Shown piece by piece: positions 51,601-64,000 of a stretch of DNA of 64,000 nt. The notes under the pieces are model-generated. The model had not been told where the DNA came from, searched no databases, and was given only the letters and a program-made list of their open reading frames with translations. Positions within the stretch are counted from its first letter, which is position 1, and every line of letters starts with the position of its first letter. A program made the position numbers and the translations under genes. The stretch lies in contig NC_057728.1 in assembly GCF_004010195.1 (NCBI RefSeq), positions 41,498,179 through 41,562,178 on the forward strand. The letters run 5' to 3'. The DNA is from Chiloscyllium plagiosum. Lineage: Eukaryota.

Positions 51601-52212
51601 GTTTATAACCAATCCTTTAAGCAGCCTCTGCATGTATTTGCACGCCATCCTAATGCATACTAAAGCTGCTTCTACTTTACTGCTATCATTGGGAGTGTGC
51701 ATTCAATCACATCTGCACCCAGCATTCCCACTATACTGGAAACTTGAAAGCAGTGAGCTTGAATCCCAAACTGCAGATCTTATGCAACTTAATGCAAAGC
51801 ACTTCAAGCAGCTGGAGTTACAAACTAGCACTGCTTTTCTCACATAGCCTGGAACATCATGATATTATGATATCATCTTGATCGAGCTTTGCGATAAATA
51901 ACTCAAAGCAAACGCTGAGAAGCCTGTATAGATTAGCCCTCATTACCTGCTGCTGGAGTGAAGGATGATTTGATAGCAGGTTGTTGTGTGCAATGTAGAT
52001 GCAATCATTAACCAGCTGATCACCCGATGAAACTTGAGCCTCAGAAAATTCATTCCCCATATTAGGGTCTCTTGTGTCACAGTGGTCGTGTCCCTACCTC
52101 TGAGCCACTGCACATTCCAACTATTTTCAATCTAACAATTTATCTGCGTCAAGAGTTGCCATGCTTATAGTGAAATGGGCTTACAAACTCAAACAGACAA
52201 GTCTTTGAAAAC

Positions 52213-52447
52213 ACAACTTTTTCACGCAGAGGGTGGTACATGTATGGAATGTGTTGCCAGAGGAAGTGGTGGAGGCTAGTACAATTGCAATATTTAAAAG
52301 GTATCTGGATGGGCATATAAATAGGAAGGGTTTGGAGGTATATGAGCCAGGTGCTGGCAGGTGGGACGAGACTGGGTTGGGATATCTGGTTGGCATGGAG
52401 TTGCACCGAAGGGTCTGTTTCTGTGCTGTACATCTCTACGACTCTAA
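52213..52447 (+). mobile_element. HER1/CR1 3' end
   Basis: FFTQRVVHVWNVLPEEVVEA; tail ctctacgactcta. Confidence 0.85.
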
Positions 52448-54304
52448 TGACTACCAGTTCAATTGTCAGGGTCAACAGGTGGCTGCAGTGACCATCACTA
52501 CTTTGATGGGGTTCAACACCAGGCAAAATCCCCTTTATTTTACATACCAGCTCAACATATAGGTGGTGTTGATCAATTCCAATTCTTCTATCATTCTCGA
52601 CAGCTGGATCTGTTACTGACAAGTATTCGAAGAGTCAGCTTTAACCAAAATAATTAAATCCACTAAAAAAAAACTCATGCTATGAAGTTAGCCGACACAA
52701 TTCCTCAAAAACAAAACAGAATACCAAATAATTAATGAATGTGAATGTTTAGGATCTGTGAATGACCAAATGGTGGAGTGGACTCGATGGGCCGAATGAC
52801 CTGTTTCTGCACCTACATCTTATTCTGTTAGGATCAGTGACATAGTCCTCACACTTAGCCAAACATTCCATCGACAATAATTATTTTTAGACTTTCAAGA
52901 GAGGATTAATTGATTATATTCTGTCAGAATGAATTTAGACCAATATTAGTATCATACACATTTATCAAAAGCACACTCCCTGTGCACTGTTACAAAGTTG
53001 TTTCCCTCAAAAACAACTTTGAATTGAATTGCTACTGGATCTGGGAGTAGTACATGCTGGTGTAGGAAACCTGATGGGTACACCCAGCTCCGTAGGTCTA
53101 CTGGAAATGGAAGAGGCTGCAAACGTTGAACAGCCCCAATTATTCACCAACCAGAAAGCCCCTAGATTCTTATGAATGTGATTTTTACTTTAGTCTTGCC
53201 AGGCAGTGTGGCCAAGGTCAGCATTTATGTAGATCAGGATTTGAAAATGACACTGCGCTCTGACCGCGATTTTAACTCAGTCAGACTGGAGCAGGAAAGT
53301 TGTTGCAACTTTCCCACCAATTGGAAGTCAGGATCAGGACCTGCCAGTAGACGACAAGAGCATTTGCTTTAAACTTTCCTTGCTGGGGTCTGGTGGCTTC
53401 CCTCTCTCTTCTTTCTTCACTGGTGTATAGCTCCAAGGGCCCCAGAATGTCACTTGTGTTTTGCCGAAGGAAAGTTGCAGACACCTCTCCGCTAGTCACC
53501 AAGCTCACCTCAAGAGAGAAAGACAGACTCATAGAAAGTCCCTCCCCACTTTGTCCTTCTGGAAGGCAGTGAGAGGAGAGCCACCCAACTTTCCTAAGAC
53601 TGGCAGGAAGTACCCTGACAACATGCTAATGCAAGACCTCATTTTTATTTTGTCGCCCAGAGAATGCAATTTACACTGACCATATCCATCACACCCTGCA
53701 ATGTCATTCCCACCCACCCACCCATGACTGAAACCAGCCCAGAGGAAAAGTGAGATCCTGGGGTTTTGCCGCATTCCCAAAAAAGCATTTATTTCAGACA
53801 GCAAGAGGGTGTGGCAGGTGATTCAAACATCAGCCGTGATGCCTCTACCCTTGTAATAGCCTGCATTTCAAACAATATATCTGCCAGGATTCTTTAGATA
53901 CAAGTCATGGAACATTTCAAAGAATTATGATTCATTTCCTTCCCTGCCTTTCTGGTTGTGTTTTGACAAGGAGCATTAATGACATAATTGGGGGAAACTG
54001 GTTGGGAGCAGTTACTAAAGCAGGCAGTCAGAGGGAGCCAGATCAGCCCGTCCAGTTGGAATGGCACATGTACGGAAATGCCAGGGCTATCTCACTGGAT
54101 CTCCAGATGTGAATGCAACTCCCTTGCTGCTGGATTCAGTGACATCCCTCTCTCTGAATGATGGCAGAAGCAGCCACAGCGAACAAAGGGGACAGGTAAA
54201 CAAAAGCAAAAGGCTGCTCAGTTTCATACATACCCTTCCCCCCTGCCTATCTGGGAAAAAGAATGGTTGCTTTTTTCAATCACACACCCTTGACTTTTCT
54301 TAAA

Positions 54305-54750
54305 TATAAGAATTTCTTCAGAGAGGGAGGTGGGCCCATGGATTTTCCTGTCACAGAAAACAGTTGAGGCCAAAATATTAAATGCTTTCAAGGAGTTAGA
54401 TATAGTTCATATGGCTAAAGAAATCAAAGGTATGGGGAGAAAAGGGTGCTGATTTGGATGATAAGCCATGATCATACTGAATGGCAGAGCAGGCTTGAAG
54501 GGTCTAATGGCCTCCTTAGAACATAACAGCACAGTACAGGCCCTTCAGCCCTCAATGTTGCACCGACCTATGAAACCAATCTGAAGCCCATCTAACCTAT
54601 ACCATTCCATTCTCGTCTATATGCCTATCGAATGACCATTTAAATATCCTTAAAATTGGTGAGTCTACAACTGTTGCAGGCAGTGTTCCACTCCCCCACT
54701 ACTCTGAGTAAAGAAACTACCTCTGACATCTGTCCTATATCCCTCAAACT
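54305..54750. mobile_element. Two tail-to-tail CR1 3' fragments (plus ~54305-54516; minus ~54518-54750)
   Basis: gcaggcttgaagggtctaatggcctcct abuts agaacataacagcacagtacaggcccttc. Confidence 0.65.
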
Positions 54751-54891
54751 TTACTTCACTGAAGAGTGCCAAGCAGTATTTCCCACTTGCCACTCTAACC
54801 ATGCATTCATGCAATGTTCTGCTGTATCAACTTTGCTGCAATTGTCCAAATTTGTTTGCTGACCTTGCGGCTCAAACTCAATTTTTAACCT

Positions 54892-55098
54892 AAAGAGAAA
54901 ATGCTGGAAAATCTCAGCAGGTCTGGCAGCATCTGTAAGGAGAGAAAAGAGCTGACGTTTCGAGTCTAACTGACACTTTGTCAAAGCTTGAAACGTCAGC
55001 TCTTTTTCTCTCCTTACAGATGCTGCCAGACCTGCTGAGATTTTTCAGCATATTCTCTTTTGGTTTCAGATTCCAGCATCTGCAGTAATTTGCTTTTA
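54892..55098. mobile_element. Palindromic Penelope-derived mini insert with perfect 14-bp TSD
   Basis: tcaatttttaacct at 54878-54891 and 55099-55112. Fold-back at a variant hammerhead (minus agct TTGACAA a gtgtc agtta gactc GAA ACGT C agct, 54950-54988). Confidence 0.88.
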
Positions 55099-55391
55099 TC
55101 AATTTTTAACCTTCCTGTTCTGGGTTAGATTTGAACTTAGAACTCATGGGATGAGAGGACTATACTATAGTTCACAAGCCAAGATAACACATTCTTTAGA
55201 AACATGAGTGGTGTTCTGATGGATGAATGATTGTCCAAACTTCAACGTCCTTGGCAATCATTCCTAATTTGGATGTTGACAAGGAAGGCACCTTGCTGAG
55301 TGTTATCAGTGTCAGTGAATGGACTGTGGATTTTTTCTCCCCCAATGAATGTCAAAATCATCCAAACGTAACAGGACAAAAAGTAGCCATT

Positions 55392-55429
55392 TGTTGGGTT
55401 ACCATGAGCAATGTTGGGTTACCATGAGC
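55392..55429. repeat. Tandem duplication, 20-bp period
   Basis: tgttgggttaccatgagc occurs twice. Confidence 0.85.
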
Positions 55430-56154
55430 CATGTCCTTACTTACCAGGAAAAGTACAATGGGTACTGTTAATGTGATTACCACCAGCACAGCCAGATGGA
55501 CACAACAGTAACACGTCAAAATTGTATACTTTTGTAAAGGTATGAAGCAACTCTGTTTCAAGTTATTACTTCTGTGCCTATTTTCTGTGTTTCCATTTAA
55601 ACCTCGATTGGTAATCGTACCCAAATAATCAGGGCAAAATTGCTTTTACCATTACTTTGTTTCAATATAAGTGCAAGTGTGCTCGGTGGCAACCAACCTT
55701 CCAACCCGCCCACCTCTGACAAAACTCATCCAATCACACACCAGTTAGCTTCATTCCCAGCTGATAGTTAGGGCGTGGTTCTCACCAATCACAATCCTCA
55801 ACACGGGTGACTCTGACTGGTAGAAGTGGGTCTGAAAAGTCCACCAACTCAGGCCTACTCCTTGGGGGGAATCCAACAGTGATAAATGTCTACACTTTTT
55901 AGTTTCATTTCAGGTGGGTCAGGGAATTTGGAATTAAGGGCAGGGGCAGTGCCCCCTACCCACAATACCTCCAGTTGCCCCAATTCAAGGAAATTGATGC
56001 AGCCCCAGCTAACCCTGAAGGCAGGTCGCCCTGGTTTCCCATGGATAATTGGATCCTTTCTTGAGCCTTTGGAGGTGGCAAATTGAGGCCTTCAAGCAAC
56101 CATCAACTGACCATTTAGAGGCCTTAAATTGGTGTCAGGGTGAGAAGATCATCC

Positions 56155-57000
56155 TTAGAATTGCAGAATTGTTCTGGTGCAGAAGGAAGCTATTTGGCCA
56201 ATCTTGTCTGCACCAGCCCTCAGAGCATTTTAGCTATTCTCCTGCCTTTCCCCATAACCCGATATATTGCTTCTTTTGAAACAATCATCCAATGCAGTCT
56301 TGAACAGCTCAATTGAAACTGCTTCCTCTTCCAGGCAGTGCATTCCAAACCTAGACCACTCACTTTGTGAAATACGTTTTTTCACCTTGCGTTTGCATCT
56401 TTTGCAAAACACTTTAAAACTATGCCCACTGGATCTTGATCCTTTTAAATGTGAGAACAATTTCTCCCCTTCTGCTGTATCCAGTTTCCTAAAGATTTTG
56501 AAAACCTTTCTAAAATTTCCTCCTCAGCCTTCTCCTTTCCAAGGAAAACAGTCTCAACTTCTCCAAATTATTCTCATAACTGAGGTTTCTCGTCTCTGGA
56601 ACCATTCACATTCTTGCACTCTGCTTGCATCGTCTCCAATGCATTCATGTCCTTCCTGCAGTGTGATGCCAAGAACTGATCCAATACTTCAACGGCGGTT
56701 TCACCAGTGTCCTATTCAAGTTCAGCATAACTTCTCTACTCACATACTCTATAACTCTTTTAAGAAGCCTAGTATACTGAATGCTTTATTAACAGCACTC
56801 CCTACTTGTCCTGCCATGTTTAATAACTTGTGCACATACATACCTAGGTTTCATGGCTCCTGCACATTCTTTAGATTTGCATTATTTCATACTGTCAGTC
56901 CACGCTCATTACAATGTGCATCACCTCCACACTTCTTCATATTAAACTTCATCTGCCACTATCTACCTACCCCACCAACGTGCTGATGTCTTTTTTGAAG
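56155..57000 (-). mobile_element. Degraded CR1 LINE 3' portion
   Basis: CR1 C-terminal motifs on the minus strand (ORF 56230-56460). Confidence 0.7.
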
Positions 57001-59109
57001 CTCTGCTGTGACAAAGGAGCAAGTTTCTCTCCAAGGTAAACCCACCCAATTATCTTCCCTTCTCACTACCCCAGGGAGGGGAAAATTGCGCACTTATGCC
57101 TAACGAATGCATGGAAACAAATCAAAATTTCATTGACCTTGATAACCAATAGTTTGCAGCTCCAATTGTCTTTATGAATAGCAGACTAATAGTCTATTTT
57201 TCTGTCTGATCAGCTTCTAAAATTTCTAGCATAAAACATTTTAAAGGATTAAAGAAAACATTCTGCATTGTTAATTTAAAGAAATATTAATGATGAAAAC
57301 CAGTGCACAATTGATCAGACAAAGCTAATGAAAAGGAATAGAATTAAGTCAAAAGCTGATGATGCAGGAACTAAGAGAATTTGTGTATGTCTAACTTACC
57401 TACAATGAGCAAACAACCCTTAGCTAGTTATGAACACCAACCCATACAGGTCATTCCTTTGTCACTTCTAGCTACTACTATCAAAGTCCTTACACTCCAG
57501 CACAAAGTGCCCCATTTCACTGAGGGATTAGTCTCGAAAATATAAGCTTCATTTATATTTCCATCTCATAAAATAATCGTCTATATTATAAAGAAAACAT
57601 AACTTGTCTTTTATTTAGCTCCAGTAAAACTTGGTATAACTTACATGATAAAGTGGGTGTGACTGTTTCTATTAATTCCCCACTGACTCCCACTGGAAAG
57701 TGTGTGCACATACACCTGGATATCGGGCAAGGACAGAAACTTGGATATCGATGGCTTTTATGGTCAAGTTTCGTTGTCTGAACTCCTCTTTGCTCTGACA
57801 AGAAGAGAGGATGTTTGGACAGCATTACATCTGCTTCAAAGCCCATCAATAACCTGACATTTCACTGACAAAACCCTGATTCATTCTCCAATACAATCAG
57901 ATCCCTATAAACTTAATAGGGGGTATGTCACAAAATTAAAGGCTACAACAGATCACAATTATCCAGTTTTTATGGCACACAATAAATTAAGGTTATCCTT
58001 TGAAAGGTAGTGCAGCTGATTTTGTTTTAATGAGGTTTTGCTAGGAAAGAATATCTCAGGGGAGAGAGCATATTTACCCTGATCTTGGGCAGTTAGGATC
58101 ACTCAAGTTACTTAACCTCCACTGCTGTCACCATGTGCTGGATTTTAACCCGCTTCATTAGGTGGCAAGGGTACCTGCCCACAGTTAGCAGGATACTTTT
58201 TAAGACTGGCCTGCTCAGTCCCAATGATGGGATCATGTCATTTACTGCAATGTTTATGGGTGGCTTTGTGCCTGAGGTTAGAAATGGTAAGAGTAACGCT
58301 TAAAAAAAAAAGCTAAGAAGACTGTTTTGAAAATACCCTTATGGGGCCAGGATGAGCAAACATGCTTTACTGGGTCCTAGAGAAACATCCGAGAGCTCCT
58401 TTGTCATAACCCATGGGAGACTGACAGGCAATCCCATACACGTAACTGCTTACCATGTGGCCTAAGGGCCATGAGAATTGTTGCTTTTTCATTATGTTCC
58501 CATAGATTTGAAATTTCAAACAAGTGTGCCGTGCTCCAACCTTTCAGATCCAATCAGGGTTTTGAACATCAGAACTTATTTGTTTTAAAAGTGGTGAACT
58601 GTATGAGGCAGCAATTTAAGAAATAGATCTACTTTGTAGGAATGAAAAGGAAACAAAAACAGACTTATACTTTTGTTTCATTTGCAGGTGTTAATGCACT
58701 TCCTAGCTAACCCTCCTATCCACTGCTGACATTAATGAGTCTCATTTAATTGCTGGTTGGACTGCCGTTTGCCAATAAGGCCATATCAAAGTAAGAAAAA
58801 CTGTAAGTAATGAAGATTTCGATTCAGCCAGGTTGTAAGTATGCACATGGGACATCGGAAACACATACATTAATAATACAGTTGAAATGATTCTCCAGGC
58901 TTTCCTATATCCACACAGGATACTAATCTTCTTTAAATGCACAAGCATCACATTTACATAAGCAATGATTATTCTGTATGGCAGCATGTGACACCCTATT
59001 ATTCATTGTCAAAAAGTAATTGTTTTTGCACGACTCTCAAGCCCCCAAATGCTGCAAAATCACACAAAGACTAAAAAATCAAAGTACTGGTTGCACTGCT
59101 GGATGGATC

Positions 59110-59400
59110 AAGAATCAGACCACACAGACTTAAGGTGATTACCGCAAGAGCTAAAGGTGACATGAGTTAAAAACTTACGTTCACCAAAAGTGGTTATGAT
59201 CTGGAATGCACTGTCTGACAGGGTGATGGAAGTGGATTCAATCAAGGCTTTCAAAGGAGAATGAGGTAAGTAGATGAGGGAGCAAGAAATTGCAGGATTA
59301 CAGGGATAGGGTCAGGGAAATGGCACAAGCTGGACTGCGTGTGCAAATAGTTGGCATAGCATCAATAGGCTGAATGATGGCCTTCTATGTGGTATGTATT
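59110..59400 (+). mobile_element. CR1 3' end fragment
   Basis: ttcaccaaaagtggttatgatctggaatgcactg. Confidence 0.65.
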
Positions 59401-60492
59401 CTGTTAAAGCGAGACTAAAAGGATCAGTAATAATCATTAAAAACATCCTCTGTTATAAAGAAATTTCCATCCATGTACAAATGAAAGCAATTATGGGAAC
59501 AGTTCATTTGTTCCAATATCAATTTCCAGTTCCTTTGGGCACATAATGAGAAGAACAAAAACTCAGGAAATCTGAAATGTCATCTAAATGTAAGTATGCC
59601 GATGATTTGAGGCCATGAAGAATCTACGTAATTTCCTGGAATCCAATATATGTGCATCAAAGTCTGGGCAAATCCTTGCACAAACCTAGACCTGTTGGCG
59701 ATGTTGAAAATGCAAAGAACAATAAAGTTTTCTTTTGTGTGTAATTCCAGTAAACACATTAGTGAATTTGTACATAAATGTGGAAGAAATGATAAAAGTA
59801 ACCATGGTTTGGTTCCTCACATGGACCTGAAGACAACAGCAATAGCGCTGTTAAGAACAAGAGATTGGAAACAACAGTTTCTGGAAGGAGTTACCTTAAG
59901 GCTAGACAGAAGAACAAAATCACAATATATTTACATCTCAAAGTTTACCAGGATTACATTTCAAAAAAAAAGGGCAAGTCATGGTTGCTGCAACTCTGCA
60001 GTTCCAACTGCTGAAAACATTACTCAATGCAGTGTAACAGTACATTCATATAATTCTATTATGAGATCTGTTCCTTATTGTGCTTCTCATGAGGAGCTCC
60101 TGGTACCAGGAGCCAAAGGTCAAACCTTAAACTGCCAGCTGTCTAATGATCAACAAGTCATCATCTTCCTTGGGAGGATAAGAGGAGGTAAACTAGATTA
60201 ACTTTGGGGTTAAGATGACACTAAGATGATGGCTACCTGTGAACATTTGGAATCAAGCCAAAGCCCCGAGGCTGACCCAATAATTGAATAACTATTTCTG
60301 GGAACAGAAACAAAGATGTATTCAGATGGCACCATTTTTGAAGATGGGTGGGAGCACAGAGTGGGTTTCAAACAATAGAAGGCAGCAATATAGAAAGGAC
60401 AAAGTTTGAATTTTAGAACATTGAGTAGCACATTATATTTAATAAGATCAAATAGGATTTGAGAAGGGAAATCAATTGTGTAAGCATTATAG

Positions 60493-62105
60493 TATAATGG
60501 ACCAGACCAAAACCCCTCAAAACATATTAAGACGATAGGCTTTTTCTTATTTTAAATATAAGGTGTTGTATTTCAGATGCAATTCAATTGGTCAAACTAC
60601 CAGGCTTGAAACTAAACACTTTTTATTCATACACTTTGTATTCATTAAATACAAACAAAAGAAAAAGAAAAGAATTGGTGTAACTGTAACTCTATCAAAA
60701 TGCTTAGAGATATAAACTGCTATCAATTAACTGTTCTACTATCCCACAAACACAACCTTGGCCAAGGCAAATTCAGTAAAATATATATTGTGTCACATGC
60801 AATTCTAGCAGCAGGAAGAGAACCACAGCTTTAAGCTGTAAAAAAAGAGAGAAATAAGAGGTTCCACATCTAGCTTCAAGACCCTAACAACTGCTACTGA
60901 AGGCAAAAACTGGAAAAAAATCTTGGTTTTGTGGGAGCATGACACCACCCATTCAGGCCTGCTGCTATTGTTCCAACTTTAAAAAAAAAGCCCAAGGCCT
61001 CTCAAGCTGTTTACTTTATTGGCTTTGAGCAGATGTTCAAACCCTCCATCTCAACCTTTCTTCATAAAAAAGCCAGGACAAAATACACCTCAATGTCAAA
61101 GCATCATCACACCACACCCACTTAAAAAGCCTTTCATCTTACTTTATTAGTTCAATCTAATACATATGCATTACATTGACACTAAGCATGCAAACATTCT
61201 CTGCTACAGCCCATTTCATTCTTGCCTCTGTCTTCCTTTATTAAAGTCACGACATCTCATCAGCAATTGCAGTCTCTTGCCCTTATAAATTGTAAATTGA
61301 ATGGTTGCAATACTAAGGTCCACCTAAACAGTCTGGAATTTTTCTCCTTAAATATTTCCAAATTCTTTAAGGGGCTGCGATCAGTATATACAATTGTCTC
61401 TGACACACTACTGGCAATGTTGCAATGCCAACACCAAACTCAAGGTTTCCTTCCCAATTGTGGAGTATATCTGTTGATGATTATTCAATTTTCTGTAAAA
61501 ATACCCAATAGGTTTTTCTATCTTCTTGTTGTCTTCTTGCAAGAGCACCGCACCGACCCCCACAGCACTTGCAACAACTGCCACTCTGAATGGCTTTGCA
61601 CAATTAGGTGTGGCTAACACTGGGACAGTGGTTAACAACTTTCAGGCTGTCAAATGCCTTCAGACATTCCTCCATCCACTGAAAAGTTTCTGCACTTCTT
61701 CAACGAGTCAGTCAGTGGAGCAACCAGTCTGCTAAAATTCGGTACAAACCTTTTGCTAAAAACCACTCAGTTCCAGGAATCGTAGTACTGCCCTCTTCAT
61801 CGATGGTATGGGCAACTCCCCAGTAGCGGTTGTTTTCAGATCCCATGGGGCCATCTGTCCATGTCCAATGACATGGCCTAGGAATGTGACTTGCGATTTT
61901 TCGAACTCATTCTTAGCCAGGTTCATCACCAATCCTGCCTCCCAAAGTCGATAGAAGAATTTCGATAGATCCTCCAAATGTTTCTTCAGTGAGTGACTAA
62001 AAATCACAATAAAAATGGGTAATCCTGAAATGACTTTATTAGTTAGTCTTTGAAATGTGGCTGGTGCATTTGTCATACCAAGTGGCACGACTTTAAACAG
62101 GTACA
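60493..62105 (-). mobile_element. Gypsy LTR retrotransposon remnant: RT-RNase H (~61250-62105), PPT (61112-61128), 3' LTR (60493-61111)
   Basis: MPLGMTNAPATFQR, VTFLGHVI, LRFL, VLATPN..KPF..ASAVGVGAVLLQ..PIGYF.RKL...YSTI.KE. Minus tttttaagtgggtgtgg|tgtga gives the PPT-LTR junction. No integrase seen. Confidence 0.88.
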
Positions 62106-62106
62106 G

Positions 62107-62238
62107 GGAGAAAGTGAGGACTGCAGATGCTGGAGATCAGAGCTTAAAAATGTGTTGCTGGAAAAGCACAGCAGGCCAGGAAGCATCAAACGAACAGGAG
62201 AATCGACGTTTCGGGCATAAGCCCTTCTTCAGGATTCC
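62107..62238 (-). mobile_element. Penelope-derived terminal fragment beginning at a hammerhead
   Basis: Same family as 45032 (gagaaagtgaggactgcagatgctggagatcagagc). Confidence 0.85.
62199..62238 (-). ncRNA. Intact minimal type I hammerhead ribozyme motif
   Basis: Minus: ggaatc CTGAAGA a gggc ttat gccc GAA ACGT C gattct. 6-bp stem I, 4-bp stem II, palindromic ACGU stem III; predicted cleavage between 62205 and 62204. Confidence 0.8.
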
Positions 62239-62944
62239 ACATGCCTGGGGTCACCGATACCTTGTTACTGTTCAGTAGAGGAACACCACAGGCAGGCAAG
62301 AATTTGGATAAGTCTAATTGTGCATTCTTATTGACAGCCAGCTAAAGGGCAAAGAGTGGACATAAGCACAGGCTGCAGTTCGCCCTGCAATGCAAACCAA
62401 ATGCTGACATCTTGACCTTGACAGTCTGTGACTGTCTTGTGCGCCTGGCTTACACCCGTTGAAACCCACTGTCAATCAGGGCCTGACTGCCCTGTAGTGC
62501 CTGATGCATCTGAATTCTGTCATGCACAAGGAGAGCTTCCTCAAGTTCAAAGTCATCTTCCTCCTCCTCAGAAGACTGCACCTATTGCACTGGCTCCTCA
62601 GCATCTATCACATTGCCTCATTGCCTGCTGCAATTGTGCAGGACACAGTAGCCAATAAGACACAGCCCATAGTCTTCAGACTATACTGGAGCTCTCATTG
62701 ACCAGTCCATGCTGTGGAACTGGACCTCTAAGTCCTATTGTCTGTCCCACTACAGTCCCCTTCACAGCATGTTGAACCACCTTGATGACAGTGCTGCAAT
62801 GGCTGGTAGAGTGGCCAATACAATCCATCAACAAGGAGTGTTTGCTGTACTCTGACCTCCTTCCTATCCCAGATTTACATGAACCATTCCACTTCTCATT
62901 GCATTGATTTATCATCATACTTGTGCGATGTGTGTGCATCGTAA

Positions 62945-64000
62945 TTTTGCCAGTCTCTACCACTTCCTCTGACAGCTCTTTCCAAACACACAGCACCCTC
63001 TGTGTGAAAAAGTCGCCCCTTTTATATCTTTTCCCCTCTCCCCTTAAAATCTATGTCCTCTAGTTTTGGACTTCCTTATCCTGGGGAAAAGACCTTGGCT
63101 ATTCACCTTATCCAATGTCCCTCATGATTTTATAAATCCCTGTAAGGTCACCCCTCAGTCTTCAGTGCGCCAAGGCAAACAGCCTCTCCCTATAGCTGAA
63201 ACCCTCCAACCCTAGCAACATCCTTGTAAATCTTTTCTGTACCCTTTCAAGTTTAACAACATCTTTTCTATAGCAGAGAGACCAGAACTGAATGCAGTAC
63301 TCCAAACGTGGCCTGTACATGACCTCCTATCTCCTATACTCAATGCACTGACCAATAAAGACAAGCATATCAAACACCTTCTTCACTATCCTGTCTACCT
63401 GTGACTCCACCTTCAAGGAACTATAAACCCACATCCCAAGATCTCTTTGTTTGGCAACAATCCCCAGGGCCCCATCATAAAGTGTACAAGTCCTGCCCTG
63501 ATATGCCATTTCAAAATGCAGCACCTCACATTTATCTAAATTAAACTCCATCTGCCACTCCTCAGCCCATTTGCCCATCTGTTCAAAGTGCTGTTGTACT
63601 CTGAAATACCATTCTTCACTGTCCACTACACCATCTATTTGGATGTCATCTGCAAACTTACTAACCATAACATATAAATCATTTGTATAAATGACAAAAA
63701 GCAGTGGGCCAGCGTGCCACCAGTCTGAAAAACAACCCTCCTCCACCACCCTCCTACCTTCACGCCAATTTTGTATCCAAATGGCTAGTTTCCCTCTATT
63801 CCATGTGATCTAACCTTGCTAATCAGTCTACCATGTAGAAGCTTGTCAAACCCCTTGCAGAAATCCATATTTACAACATCCACCACTCTGCCTTCATCAA
63901 GCTTCTTTTTCACTTTTTCAGAAAACTCAAACAAGTTATTGAAACATGATTTCTCTCACAAAAACCATGTTGATTATCCCTAATCAGTCCTTGCCTTTCC
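62945..64000 (-). mobile_element. HER1/CR1 LINE RT fragment (runs off the window)
   Basis: [38 protein letters not shown]. Confidence 0.9.

Noticed and set aside
53084..53116. 33-nt candidate for the HMGA2 penultimate exon (PLPFPVDLRSW)
   Set aside because: Right length, but weak donor (gtgtac) and no sequence resemblance.
54234..54250. 17-nt AG/GT-bounded micro-exon on minus
   Set aside because: Not a multiple of 3 and not HMGA-like.
55358..55624. Minus ORF with a transmembrane-like stretch (LAVLVVITLTVPIVLFL) ending at a perfect GTAAGT donor (55444)
   Set aside because: Starts at TTG, has no convincing upstream acceptor, and no companion exons were found; probably chance.
56267..56986. 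Longest ORF in the window (239 aa, plus)
   Set aside because: Antisense reading of a degraded CR1 fragment.
59650..60201. 183-aa plus-strand ORF
   Set aside because: No recognisable domain or splice context and antisense to HMGA2; cannot be supported without a homology search.

Overview
Repeat-rich vertebrate genomic DNA from a cartilaginous fish. HE1-type V-SINEs, HER1/CR1 LINEs, Deu-domain SINE remnants and Penelope-like elements point to a shark; the species cannot be determined from sequence alone. The only host gene I can support is the 3' end of HMGA2 on the minus strand. Its terminal coding exon (37260-37307, EEGEGTSSQESTEED*) is followed by a ~3 kb transposon-free 3' UTR (to ~34230) carrying six let-7 seed sites and several other miRNA seed matches. 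Everything to the right is probably HMGA2 intron, since no upstream exon was found in the 26.7 kb available; everything to the left is downstream intergenic DNA. Most of the ORF track is transposon debris or spurious. The most unusual pattern is a set of short Penelope-derived inserts, often palindromic with 14-16 bp target-site duplications. They carry minimal type I hammerhead ribozyme motifs, and their ends or fold-back points repeatedly fall at the ribozyme. One intact motif (62199-62238) lies in the sense orientation of the inferred HMGA2 pre-mRNA. Repeat boundaries were read by eye and are approximate unless a TSD is given.
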